Position numbers and translations under genes: made by a program. The notes below the pieces were generated by a model. That model was not told the origin of the DNA. It did not search any database and saw nothing but the letters and a program-made list of their open reading frames with translations. Below, in pieces: positions 19,121-27,152 of a stretch of 64,000 bases of DNA. Each line of letters opens with the position of its first letter. Position 1 is the stretch's first letter. Origin of the DNA: Chitinophagales bacterium (lineage in GTDB: Bacteria; Bacteroidota; Bacteroidia; Chitinophagales; Chitinophagaceae). The DNA lies in assembly GCA_038210625.1 (NCBI GenBank), contig JBBQWL010000041.1, forward strand, positions 1,584 through 65,583, written 5' to 3'.

Positions 19121-19131
19121 AACACCATTAA

Positions 19132-20022
19132 TTATTTAAAGCTTTCGCTCACCACTAACTCTTTGCTGCCGGCGGTGTACACATAAAAGCCTTCGCCGGT
19201 TTTTACACCTAGCTTACCGGCCATTACCATGTTCACCAATAAAGGGCACGGTGCATATTTTGGATTGCCAAATCCGTCCTGCAAGACTTTTAAAATACTC
19301 AGGCAAACATCGAGGCCGATAAAATCCGCCAGTTGCAGCGGCCCCATGGGATGCGCCATCCCTAGTTTCATCACCGTATCAATTTCTTCTACTCTTGCCA
19401 CACTTTCATATAAACTATACATGGCTTCATTGATCATCGGCATTAAAATACGGTTGGCAATAAATCCGGGATAGTCATTCACTACACAAGGAACTTTACC
19501 TAACTGTTTACTCAATGCAACAATGGAATCGGTCACTTCTTTTGTGGTAGCATAGCCATTAATAATTTCCACCAGTTTCATCACCGGTACTGGATTCATA
19601 AAATGCATACCAATCACCAATTGTGGCCGTTTGGTCGCTGCTGCAATTTTTGTAATGGAGATGGAAGACGTGTTGGTAGCAAGTATGCAACCCGCCGGAG
19701 CAGCTTCATCTACCTGTTTAAATATTTTTAATTTCAGTTCGGTATTTTCTGTAGCGGCTTCAATTACCAATTGCGCATTTTGTACACCGGAGGCAATTTC
19801 TGTTGCGGTGGTTATGTTGGCCAACGTCGCTTTTTTTTGATCTTCGGTAATGCTTTCTTTGGCAACCTGCCTGTCAAGATTTTTGCCAATTATGGCAATA
19901 GCCTTTTCTAATTGTGTAGCACTTACATCAATTATTGTAACTGAAAATCCATGTTGCGCAAATACATGCGCAATGCCATTGCCCATAGTTCCTGCCCCGA
20001 TGACACTTACATTTTTTATCAT
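19132..20022 (-). CDS. hbd: 3-hydroxybutyryl-CoA dehydrogenase
   Basis: VIGAGTMGNGIA, EAATEN, ATNTSSISI, GMHFMNPVPVMKLVE, HPMGPLQLADFIGLD. Confidence 0.93.
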   Translation of the reverse strand: MIKNVSVIGAGTMGNGIAHVFAQHGFSVTIIDVSATQLEKAIAIIGKNLDRQVAKESITEDQKKATLANITTATEIASGVQNAQLVIEAATENTELKLKIFKQVDEAAPAGCILATNTSSISITKIAAATKRPQLVIGMHFMNPVPVMKLVEIINGYATTKEVTDSIVALSKQLGKVPCVVNDYPGFIANRILMPMINEAMYSLYESVARVEEIDTVMKLGMAHPMGPLQLADFIGLDVCLSILKVLQDGFGNPKYAPCPLLVNMVMAGKLGVKTGEGFYVYTAGSKELVVSESFK

Positions 20023-20035
20023 AAAATTTATTGGC

Positions 20036-20091
20036 GGGCTAAAGCCCTTTCGAATTTATTTTAATTTCTATCCCTGGCCTGAAGGCCAGGG
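20036..20091. repeat. Hairpin doublet GGGCTAAAGCCC ... CCCTGGCCTGAAGGCCAGGG
   Basis: Two GC-rich hairpins in an AT-rich spacer upstream of hbd. Confidence 0.55.
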
Positions 20092-20220
20092 CAACTCAAC
20101 AGACTTTATCAATTTAGCATGCCTATAATTGCACAGTGATCTTAAGCAAAAGCTCAAATTTTACTGGCAATCATAAAATAAAACTGCATCAAATTTAAAG
20201 AGCTCAATAAAGAACTAAAA

Positions 20221-20344
20221 GTAAAAGAGTGCGACGCCAATGAACCCAAATAGAATTAAAAATGCTTGGTCAATAAAATCATCAACACAATCTCCTAACC
20301 AATCTTCTTCATTTCCTCCCCGTTCGGGGGAGATAGAGGGGGCC
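20221..20344 (+). repeat. Left ~125-bp imperfect inverted repeat flanking gcdH
   Basis: Aligns by eye with the reverse complement of 21548-21665 from GTA(A/C)AAGAGTGCGACGCCAATGAA through AATGCTTG, AACCAATCT to GAGGGGGC. Confidence 0.8.
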
Positions 20345-20354
20345 AGGCAGGGGG

Positions 20355-21539
20355 CTACTTAAACGCATTCAACCCCGTAACATCCATCCCCGTAATCAAC
20401 AAATGAATATCGTGCGTGCCTTCATAGGTAATCACACTTTCCAAATTCATCATGTGACGCATCACCGGGTATTCGCCTGTAATGCCCATTCCGCCCAGCA
20501 TCTGGCGGGCGTCTCTTGCAATATTGGTAGCCACTTCGCAGGCATTTCTTTTAGCCATACTCACTTGTTGAGGAGTAACTTTTCCTTCATTCATCAATAC
20601 TCCTAAACGCCAGTTTAATAATTGCGCTTTGGTAATTTCTGTCACCATTTCGGCCAGTTTTTTTTGCTGCAATTGAAACCCACCGATCGGCCTGCCAAAC
20701 TGAATTCTTTCTTTACTATATTCCAATGCAATATAATAGCAATCCATGGCGGCGCCAATGGCACCCCAGGCAATACCATAGCGGGCTTTGGTTAAGCAAC
20801 CCAGCGGACCTTTCAATCCTTTTACATTGGGCAAAATATTTTCTTTCGGCACTTTTACATTGTCAAACACCAACTCGCCGGTAGCACTCGCACGCAAACT
20901 CCATTTGCCATGCGTGGTAGGCGTACTAAACCCTTCCATACCTCTTTCAACAATTACGCCCTGAATTTCATCTTTTTCATTTCGTGCCCACACCACCGCT
21001 ACCTGCGCAAAAGGCGCATTGCTGATCCACATTTTAGCACCATTTAAAATAACATGATGACCTGCATCTTTAATATTGGTGAGCATACTGCTGGGGTCGC
21101 TGCCATGATTAGGTTCTGTTAATCCAAAACAACCCAGCCACTCGCCGCTGGCCAATTTGGGTAAATATTTATGGCGCTGTTCTTCGCTGCCATATTGATA
21201 AATCGGGAACATCACCAAACTGCCTTGCACACTGGCAGTCGACCTTACGCCGCTATCGCCTCTCTCCAATTCCTGCATCATTAAACCATAACTAATATAA
21301 TCCAGGCCGCCGCCGCCGTATTGTTCCGGCACTGTCGGACCAAAGCAACCCATGTCTCCCAACTGTTTTACAATTTGTTGCGGAAACTCGGCACGTTGTG
21401 CGTAGTCTTCTATAATCGGGCTGATTTCTTTTTTTACATAGTTGCGTACACTTTCCCTTACCAACTTATGTTCTTCGGTCAATAATTCGTCAACGTTAAA
21501 ATAGTCCGGACTTTGAAAATTGTCTGTTTTAGCTGCCAT
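20355..21539 (-). CDS. gcdH: Acyl-CoA dehydrogenase, glutaryl-CoA dehydrogenase-like
   Basis: GCFGLTEPNHGSDP, GAKMWISNAP, SLRASATGEL, QFGRPIGGFQL, TYEGTHDIH. Confidence 0.85.
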   Translation of the reverse strand: MAAKTDNFQSPDYFNVDELLTEEHKLVRESVRNYVKKEISPIIEDYAQRAEFPQQIVKQLGDMGCFGPTVPEQYGGGGLDYISYGLMMQELERGDSGVRSTASVQGSLVMFPIYQYGSEEQRHKYLPKLASGEWLGCFGLTEPNHGSDPSSMLTNIKDAGHHVILNGAKMWISNAPFAQVAVVWARNEKDEIQGVIVERGMEGFSTPTTHGKWSLRASATGELVFDNVKVPKENILPNVKGLKGPLGCLTKARYGIAWGAIGAAMDCYYIALEYSKERIQFGRPIGGFQLQQKKLAEMVTEITKAQLLNWRLGVLMNEGKVTPQQVSMAKRNACEVATNIARDARQMLGGMGITGEYPVMRHMMNLESVITYEGTHDIHLLITGMDVTGLNAFK

Positions 21540-21547
21540 AAAAGAGA

Positions 21548-21665
21548 AGCCCCCTCAATCCCCCAAGGGGGAAGTAGCGGAGATTGGTTTTAAGATTATG
21601 TAATAGATTTATTGTAACAAGCATTAATACCTCTATTGAGCTTCATTGGCGTCGCACTCTTGTAC
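21548..21665 (-). repeat. Right ~120-bp imperfect inverted repeat flanking gcdH
   Basis: Partner of 20221-20344; includes C/G-rich hairpin CCCCCTCAATCCCCCAAGGGGG. Confidence 0.8.
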
Positions 21666-21698
21666 CACATTTCAATATTAATCTTTTACCGAAGCGTA

Positions 21699-21998
21699 GG
21701 ATGGAACGCTGATGACACGGATGCAACGGATTTGGACTGATTTTAAATCCGTTTTTAATCCGCCTTATCAGCGTTAACCGTGTGCTATCCTTCCCACCAC
21801 CTGATGGGAACACGGATGACACGGATGTAACGGATTTGCACTGATTTTAAATCCGTTTTTAATCCGTCTTATCAGCGTTATCCGTGTGCTATCCTTCCCA
21901 CCACCTGTTGGGAACACGGATGACACGGATGTAACGGATTTGCACTGATTTTAAATCCGTTTTTAATCCGCAAAATCAGCGTCATCCGTGTTCCATCC
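21699..21998. repeat. Tandem array, 104-bp period, ~2.9 copies, each unit an imperfect hairpin with 9-mer-periodic arms
   Basis: GGAAC unit starts at 21703, 21807, 21911; outer ends GGATGGAAC / GTTCCATCC inverted. Confidence 0.92.
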
Positions 21999-22004
21999 CT
22001 CGCA

Positions 22005-22012
22005 CAAAGATA
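22005..22012 (-). promoter_or_regulatory. Bacteroidota -7 box (TATCTTTG), candidate gcdH promoter
   Basis: Consensus TAnnTTTG match oriented toward gcdH, upstream of the tandem array. Confidence 0.55.
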
Positions 22013-22044
22013 ATATCAACCGCACAACAAAAATGGTTGTGTTT

Positions 22045-22052
22045 TACCTTTG
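22045..22052 (+). promoter_or_regulatory. Bacteroidota -7 box (TACCTTTG) upstream of the ECF sigma gene
   Basis: Consensus match about 50 nt before the TTG start. Confidence 0.5.
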
Positions 22053-22104
22053 ATGCAACATTGTTTAAATCACCTTGTCTCTATATTAATAAAACAATCT
22101 TTTT

Positions 22105-22656
22105 TTGGAACTGACGGTATCAATACATCGGGATGAACTGGTAGAACGCTGTAGAAAAGGCGAAGCGGCAGGCTATAAAAAACTGTACCAGCGCTACGCC
22201 AAAGCCATGTTCAACACCTGCCATAGAATTTTAAACAGCATTGACGAGGCAGAAGATGTGCTGCAGGAAAGTTTTACCGAAGCATTTAAAAATCTGCATG
22301 CCTTTGAATACCGCACCAGTTTTGGCGGCTGGCTAAAGCAAATCTGCGTTCACCGCAGTATTAACCAGCTAAAGAAAAGAAAGTTTAAATGGGAAGATAT
22401 TGAAGCAATCAATGTGTACAATATAGCAGACGAAACTTTTGTTGATGAAAACGAAATTACATTAAAGGTGGACCAGGTAAAAAACTCAATTATGGCGTTG
22501 CCGGACGGATACCGCACCGTATTGAGTTTGTATTTACTGGAAGGCTATGATCACCAGGAAATAGCGGAAATATTAAACGTAGCGGAATCAACCACCCGAA
22601 CGCAGTATATGCGGGCGAAACAAAAATTATTACAGGTTTTAAAAGAAGGAATATGA
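22105..22656 (+). CDS. ECF RNA polymerase sigma-70 factor
   Basis: EAEDVLQESFTEAF, SFGGWLKQICVHRSI, LPDGYRTVLSLYLLEGYDHQEIAEIL; TTG start. Confidence 0.92.
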   Translation: MELTVSIHRDELVERCRKGEAAGYKKLYQRYAKAMFNTCHRILNSIDEAEDVLQESFTEAFKNLHAFEYRTSFGGWLKQICVHRSINQLKKRKFKWEDIEAINVYNIADETFVDENEITLKVDQVKNSIMALPDGYRTVLSLYLLEGYDHQEIAEILNVAESTTRTQYMRAKQKLLQVLKEGI

Positions 22657-23234
22657 GCAGAAAGCTAGAAAAATTTATAGGCGATAACAGGAACGAATTT
22701 GATGACAAAATGCCGTCGGATAAAGTTTGGAAAAACATCGCATCATCGCTGGTTGAAAAACAACCCCAAAAAAGTATACTGACGCCACTCTTTAAATGGG
22801 CCATCGCGGCAGCAATAATTATTACAGCCGGACTAATTGTATTTTTTGTAACGAATACAAAGAAAGCAGCAGTAGATTTTGCGGGAACAAAAAAAGATTC
22901 TTCTACAGACATTATAGCCGCAGCTCCTGAATATACACCGGAAGTAAATGAATTTGCAAAACTGGTTTTGCTAAAACAGGAAGAATTAAAAGCATTGGCG
23001 CCCGAACACCCGGAGTTGTATCACCAGTTCACCACCGACATTAACCAATTGGATAGTTCGTATAAATCCCTGAAAGGCCAGATCAGCATTACACCCAACC
23101 GTGAAATGCTGATACAGGCGATGATTCAAAACCTGCAGCTGCAGCTGAATGTATTGAATCAGCAATTAAATATTATCAGTCAAATTAAACAATCAAAAAA
23201 AGATCACCATGAAAAAAGCACTCCAATTATTTAG
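22653..23234 (+). CDS. Putative anti-sigma factor / membrane-anchored coiled protein
   Basis: Overlaps the sigma stop (ATGA); N-terminal cytoplasmic segment, one TM (WAIAAAIIITAGLIVFFV), Gln/Leu-rich helical C-terminus. Confidence 0.65.
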   Translation: MSRKLEKFIGDNRNEFDDKMPSDKVWKNIASSLVEKQPQKSILTPLFKWAIAAAIIITAGLIVFFVTNTKKAAVDFAGTKKDSSTDIIAAAPEYTPEVNEFAKLVLLKQEELKALAPEHPELYHQFTTDINQLDSSYKSLKGQISITPNREMLIQAMIQNLQLQLNVLNQQLNIISQIKQSKKDHHEKSTPII

Positions 23235-24198
23235 CATATGGTTCCCGTTTTTCTTTCTGCAGCACCAACTGTTTGCACAGAACGACAACAATAAAAAGTA
23301 TGAGTTTGTAAAAAATAAAGCGGTAAATAAATCCTACAATGTTTCTTCATCAGATAAACTCGACATCCACAATTCCTTTGGCGATGTTGAAGTACATACC
23401 TGGGGCAAAAACGAAATAAAAGTAGATGTAAGTGTGGAAGTATCGGCCAACTCAGAAGCACTGGCGCAAAAAATAATTGACCGCATTGACGTGGCCGATT
23501 CTAAAAACGGCAGCGACATTTCGTTTAAAACTTCTATAAAAGGAATCAATAATTCAAAGGGCGAAAAAAGCACAATGAAAGTAAACTATCAGGTTTCTAT
23601 GCCTGCGTCCAGCCCGTTGTATATAAGCAATGAGTTCGGCGCAACAGTATTACCCGATTACAAAGGTGAAGTTGAATTGTCCAGTAAATTCGGTTCTTTA
23701 ACCACGGGCAGTTTAAGCAATGTAAAATCAGTAAATGTCGAGTTTGGTCACGCTAAAATTGAAAGCATCTTTGATGGTCCGGTGAGTATAAAATATTCGT
23801 CGGCAGAAATTGGCAAACTCTCCGGCAAGATAAAACTGGATTTGGAATTCAGCAGCGCCACAAAAATAAATATTGATAACAGCCTCACCAGCCTGGATGC
23901 CAAAGTTTCTTACTCAACGGTAAACATTAAACCAATCGGAGATTTGTCTGCATCTTACTCTATCTCCACCAGCTTTGGAAGTTTTAAAAACCGCAGCAAT
24001 ATAAAGTTTGATAGCGATGAAGACGACAATGATGACAAGGGGCCAAAATTTGATCACAACTACAATGGTAAGTCAGGTAGTGGTACAATACCAATTAAAT
24101 TAAACACCAGCTTTGGCAAAATAATTTTAGGCGAAGCCACCGATGACGATATGAAAGACAAGGAAAAAAATAAATCAAAAACCAGGACTACCACATAA
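23209..24198 (+). CDS. Secreted DUF4097-like beta-strand repeat protein
   Basis: Signal peptide; repeated S/N-x-FG motifs (NSFGDV, NEFG, SKFGSL, TSFG). Confidence 0.6.
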   Translation: MKKALQLFSIWFPFFFLQHQLFAQNDNNKKYEFVKNKAVNKSYNVSSSDKLDIHNSFGDVEVHTWGKNEIKVDVSVEVSANSEALAQKIIDRIDVADSKNGSDISFKTSIKGINNSKGEKSTMKVNYQVSMPASSPLYISNEFGATVLPDYKGEVELSSKFGSLTTGSLSNVKSVNVEFGHAKIESIFDGPVSIKYSSAEIGKLSGKIKLDLEFSSATKINIDNSLTSLDAKVSYSTVNIKPIGDLSASYSISTSFGSFKNRSNIKFDSDEDDNDDKGPKFDHNYNGKSGSGTIPIKLNTSFGKIILGEATDDDMKDKEKNKSKTRTTT

Positions 24199-24222
24199 CG
24201 GCAGCACGCGGTTATGAATAAT

Positions 24223-24252
24223 AAAAGGTCTGTGATTAGTTGCGGACCTTTT
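24223..24252 (+). terminator. Terminator after the ECF operon
   Basis: AAAAGGTC...GACCTTTT stem followed by T-rich tract. Confidence 0.55.
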
Positions 24253-24276
24253 GTATTTTCGGATAAATAATTTTTT

Positions 24277-24711
24277 ATGATACGTCGTATAAAATATGTG
24301 GCAGTTGTTTTTGTATGCCTTGCCATTACCAATCTTCTAGATGCGCAAGATAATAAGTCAGCCGGAACGTCAAGGCTTGAAGATAAAATCAGGCAATACT
24401 TTTTTGTAATGCTTACCACGGGTAGTAACCGAATCCATGATTCTGCTACTGCAGCCAAAATCCAGGAAGGCCATATGGCCAATATCAATCGTTTGTACTA
24501 CGATGGCAAACTAAAAGTCGCTGGTCCTTTTGGGGATGATGGCAACTGGCGGGGCATTTTTATTTTTGATTGCAAAACAAAAGAAGAAGTGGAGGACTTG
24601 CTGAAAACTGACCCCGCGATAGCCTCAGGAAGACTGGCCTATGAGGTACATCCCTGGTGGACCGCAGCGATGGGAAACTTTGCGCCCGGCAAGCCGGAAA
24701 AGAAACCTTAG
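24277..24711 (+). CDS. YciI/YCII-related protein with signal peptide
   Basis: QEGHMANINRL...GKLKVAGPFGD, RGIFIF, DPAIASGRLAYEVHPW. Confidence 0.8.
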   Translation: MIRRIKYVAVVFVCLAITNLLDAQDNKSAGTSRLEDKIRQYFFVMLTTGSNRIHDSATAAKIQEGHMANINRLYYDGKLKVAGPFGDDGNWRGIFIFDCKTKEEVEDLLKTDPAIASGRLAYEVHPWWTAAMGNFAPGKPEKKP

Positions 24712-24782
24712 GGAAAGTATTTTAGCATTTAAATATGAGCAGCTTTATGCACTAATTTTAGCCGTACCTAATAAAAATTTGT

Positions 24783-25259
24783 ATGTCCCTTCTAAAAAAA
24801 ATCCGCCTGCTGATTGTATTTTTTATCATTGCCTTAATACTAAGCGGCGTTACTGCTTTCCCGGTAGAAACTGAATTGCAATGGTTACAGCAACATCCTT
24901 CAATGGTGCCTTCATTTGCCGAAATATGGCTGAAGGATGTATATGTGGCCCTGGTAGAAACAAATGCAAAATACCCGATGCTGGCTTATGGTTTTGATTG
25001 GTTAGCTTTTGCGCACATTGTAATTGCGATGGCTTTTATCGGACCTTTAAAAGATCCCGTAAAAAATAAATGGATTATTGATTGGGCGATACTCGCCTGC
25101 CTTGCAGTAATTCCGCTGGCGTTTATTGCGGGGGCTATCCGGCACATTCCACTGTTTCATATTTTAATTGATTGCAGCTTTGGCGTAATCGGATTAATCC
25201 CATTGTTGATTTGTCGGCGATGGATCAGGCAACTGGAGAATCAAAATGCAGCCAGGTAG
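24783..25259 (+). CDS. Conserved hypothetical membrane protein
   Basis: Several hydrophobic segments; [22 protein letters not shown] motifs. Confidence 0.75.
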   Translation: MSLLKKIRLLIVFFIIALILSGVTAFPVETELQWLQQHPSMVPSFAEIWLKDVYVALVETNAKYPMLAYGFDWLAFAHIVIAMAFIGPLKDPVKNKWIIDWAILACLAVIPLAFIAGAIRHIPLFHILIDCSFGVIGLIPLLICRRWIRQLENQNAAR

Positions 25260-26050
25260 CCCGCCATTTCAGTTTGGTATTGCAGCGCAACAGCTCTTGC
25301 CTCCGCGGCGAAATCTTCCTTTTCGCTGGCGTAAATGATGGCACGGCTGGCATTCACCAGCAAGCCACAATCGTTGTTTAGGCCATATTTGCTCACTTCT
25401 TCCAAACTGCCACCCTGGAAACCTACGCCCGGTACCAGTAAAAAATGATCCGGAACTATTTTGCGGATGTCAGCTAAAATATCGGCTTTGGTAGCACCTA
25501 CTACAAACATCAGGTTACCGGTGTTACCCCAACTGCTGACTGTTTTTAAAACTCTTTCGTATAAAAATTCATCACCTGTTTTTTGTTGTTCAAAGTCCTT
25601 GCTGCCGGTATTGCTGGTTAAGCCCAATACAATCGCCCACTTGTTGTCAAATTCCAGGAATGGTTTCACACTGTCTTCACCCATGTAAGGCGCAACGGTT
25701 ACGGAATCAAATTCCATAGTTTCAAAAAATGCTTTGGCATATTGTGTGGATGTATTGCCAATATCACCCCGTTTGGCATCAGCAATGGTAAAGTGTTCTT
25801 TGGGAATATAGTTTACGGTTCTTTCCATTATGTCCCATCCATTTGAACCCAACACTTCATAAAAAGCAGTGTTGATTTTATAGGCTACGCACAGGTCTTT
25901 AGTGGCATCAATGATTTGTTTATTGAATTCAAAAATTGCATCCGCATGTGTTTGGAGGTGCTTCGGTATTTTGTTAAAGTCGGTATCCAAACCAACGCAG
26001 AGGTATGACTTTTTTAATTGAATTTGCTGGATGAGTTGTTGTCTTGTCAT
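25241..26050 (-). CDS. pyrF: Orotidine-5'-phosphate decarboxylase
   Basis: [52 protein letters not shown]. Confidence 0.95.
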   Translation of the reverse strand: MTRQQLIQQIQLKKSYLCVGLDTDFNKIPKHLQTHADAIFEFNKQIIDATKDLCVAYKINTAFYEVLGSNGWDIMERTVNYIPKEHFTIADAKRGDIGNTSTQYAKAFFETMEFDSVTVAPYMGEDSVKPFLEFDNKWAIVLGLTSNTGSKDFEQQKTGDEFLYERVLKTVSSWGNTGNLMFVVGATKADILADIRKIVPDHFLLVPGVGFQGGSLEEVSKYGLNNDCGLLVNASRAIIYASEKEDFAAEARAVALQYQTEMAGYLAAF

Positions 26051-26056
26051 AATTGT

Positions 26057-26260
26057 TTAGAGCTCGTTTTTATCCAGGTCAGCTTGCTTAAGGATAGCCA
26101 GCAGGGTTCCTTTCTTTATGTCTTTGTTACCATGCACCGGCACCACAATGGTAATATTGGTCGCTGGATTGTAAAAAATCTGATGAGAGCCTTTTGAGCG
26201 TTTAAAAATAAAACCATTCTTTTCCAGAAGCTTTATCAGGTGCTGGGGAGATTGGTTCAT
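26057..26260 (-). CDS. hicA: HicA family toxin (type II TA)
   Basis: LEKNGF...RSKGSHQIF....VVPVHGNKDIKKGTLLAILKQA. Confidence 0.9.
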   Translation of the reverse strand: MNQSPQHLIKLLEKNGFIFKRSKGSHQIFYNPATNITIVVPVHGNKDIKKGTLLAILKQADLDKNEL

Positions 26261-26484
26261 GCAGTTTGCAGGTTGATAGAATATTCAAGCGTGTTGCTGT
26301 TATCAGGTATAAATTCACCCCTTGCTTTAAGTTCTTCAACATATAATTCAATGGCTTCTTTTGCCATCACCAAGGCTTCATCAATTGTATCCCCCTGGGT
26401 TATGCAGCCGGGCAGAGCAGGTACGGTAACCATGTAGCCACCTTCCTCTTCTTTATTTAATAATATTTTGTAATTGTAGTTCAT
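26257..26484 (-). CDS. hicB: HicB family antitoxin, short form without DNA-binding domain
   Basis: EEEGGYMVTVPALPGCITQGDTIDEALVMAKEAIELY; ~75 aa; overlaps hicA by 4 nt. Confidence 0.88.
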   Translation of the reverse strand: MNYNYKILLNKEEEGGYMVTVPALPGCITQGDTIDEALVMAKEAIELYVEELKARGEFIPDNSNTLEYSINLQTA

Positions 26485-26496
26485 AATGCATTGGTA

Positions 26497-26504
26497 CAAA
26501 ATTA
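26497..26504 (-). promoter_or_regulatory. -7 box (TAATTTTG) for hicBA
   Basis: Consensus match 12 nt before the hicB ATG. Confidence 0.55.
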
Positions 26505-26522
26505 AAAAAATAAAGCCAAAAC

Positions 26523-27152
26523 CTATATTTTGTTTGCTTCAGCCATTTTTTGCATTTCTTCTGCAATGAGCACAGAGTTTTCATCGCCTCTCTTTTTTAA
26601 TTCTTCAATGATATTTTGTTTTTCGCTGCTGCTTTTATTCTGGCTTAATTTAAAAACATTGCCAATGGAAGATACTTCAATAGTGAAGCCCACAATGGCT
26701 TTCAGCATTTGGTTTACATAAGCTTCAGACATGGCGTTGAAGGCTGCCGCGGTTGCCATGCCTTCATACTTATTAGTAACCGCTTTAATGGCTTCGTAAG
26801 TTCCTTTGTCATCTGTAAAAGTAATCTTGCCTTTGGCATGTACAGTCATGTAATTCCAGGTAGAAGCAGATTGCGGATTGGCGTACCAGCTTGCACTTAC
26901 ATAACAATGTGGTCCGTTGAAGATTACAAGTACCTGGTCGTTTTTTACAAACGCTTTGTGGTGATCGGTGTTCTTCATCAGGTGCCCTGATAAAACAATT
27001 TTACCTTCTTCGTCCATCACAACTTCTAAAGGAATATGCGATGACACGGGGTACTGCTCTCCAAAACCAGTAATAATTGCGAAAGAATTTCCTTTCATAA
27101 AAGCAATCACTTTATCAGCATCTTTTTCGGTAAAATAAGGAAGGCTATACAT
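26523..27152 (-). CDS. PaiB-like 'FMN-binding negative transcriptional regulator'
   Basis: SSHIP, GPHCYVSASWY, STWNYMTVHAKG, FKLSQNKS. Confidence 0.88.
   Translation of the reverse strand: MYSLPYFTEKDADKVIAFMKGNSFAIITGFGEQYPVSSHIPLEVVMDEEGKIVLSGHLMKNTDHHKAFVKNDQVLVIFNGPHCYVSASWYANPQSASTWNYMTVHAKGKITFTDDKGTYEAIKAVTNKYEGMATAAAFNAMSEAYVNQMLKAIVGFTIEVSSIGNVFKLSQNKSSSEKQNIIEELKKRGDENSVLIAEEMQKMAEANKI

Noticed and set aside
21699-21998. CRISPR array
   Set aside because: Units are near-identical over their whole 104 bp, with no unique spacers and no cas genes in the window
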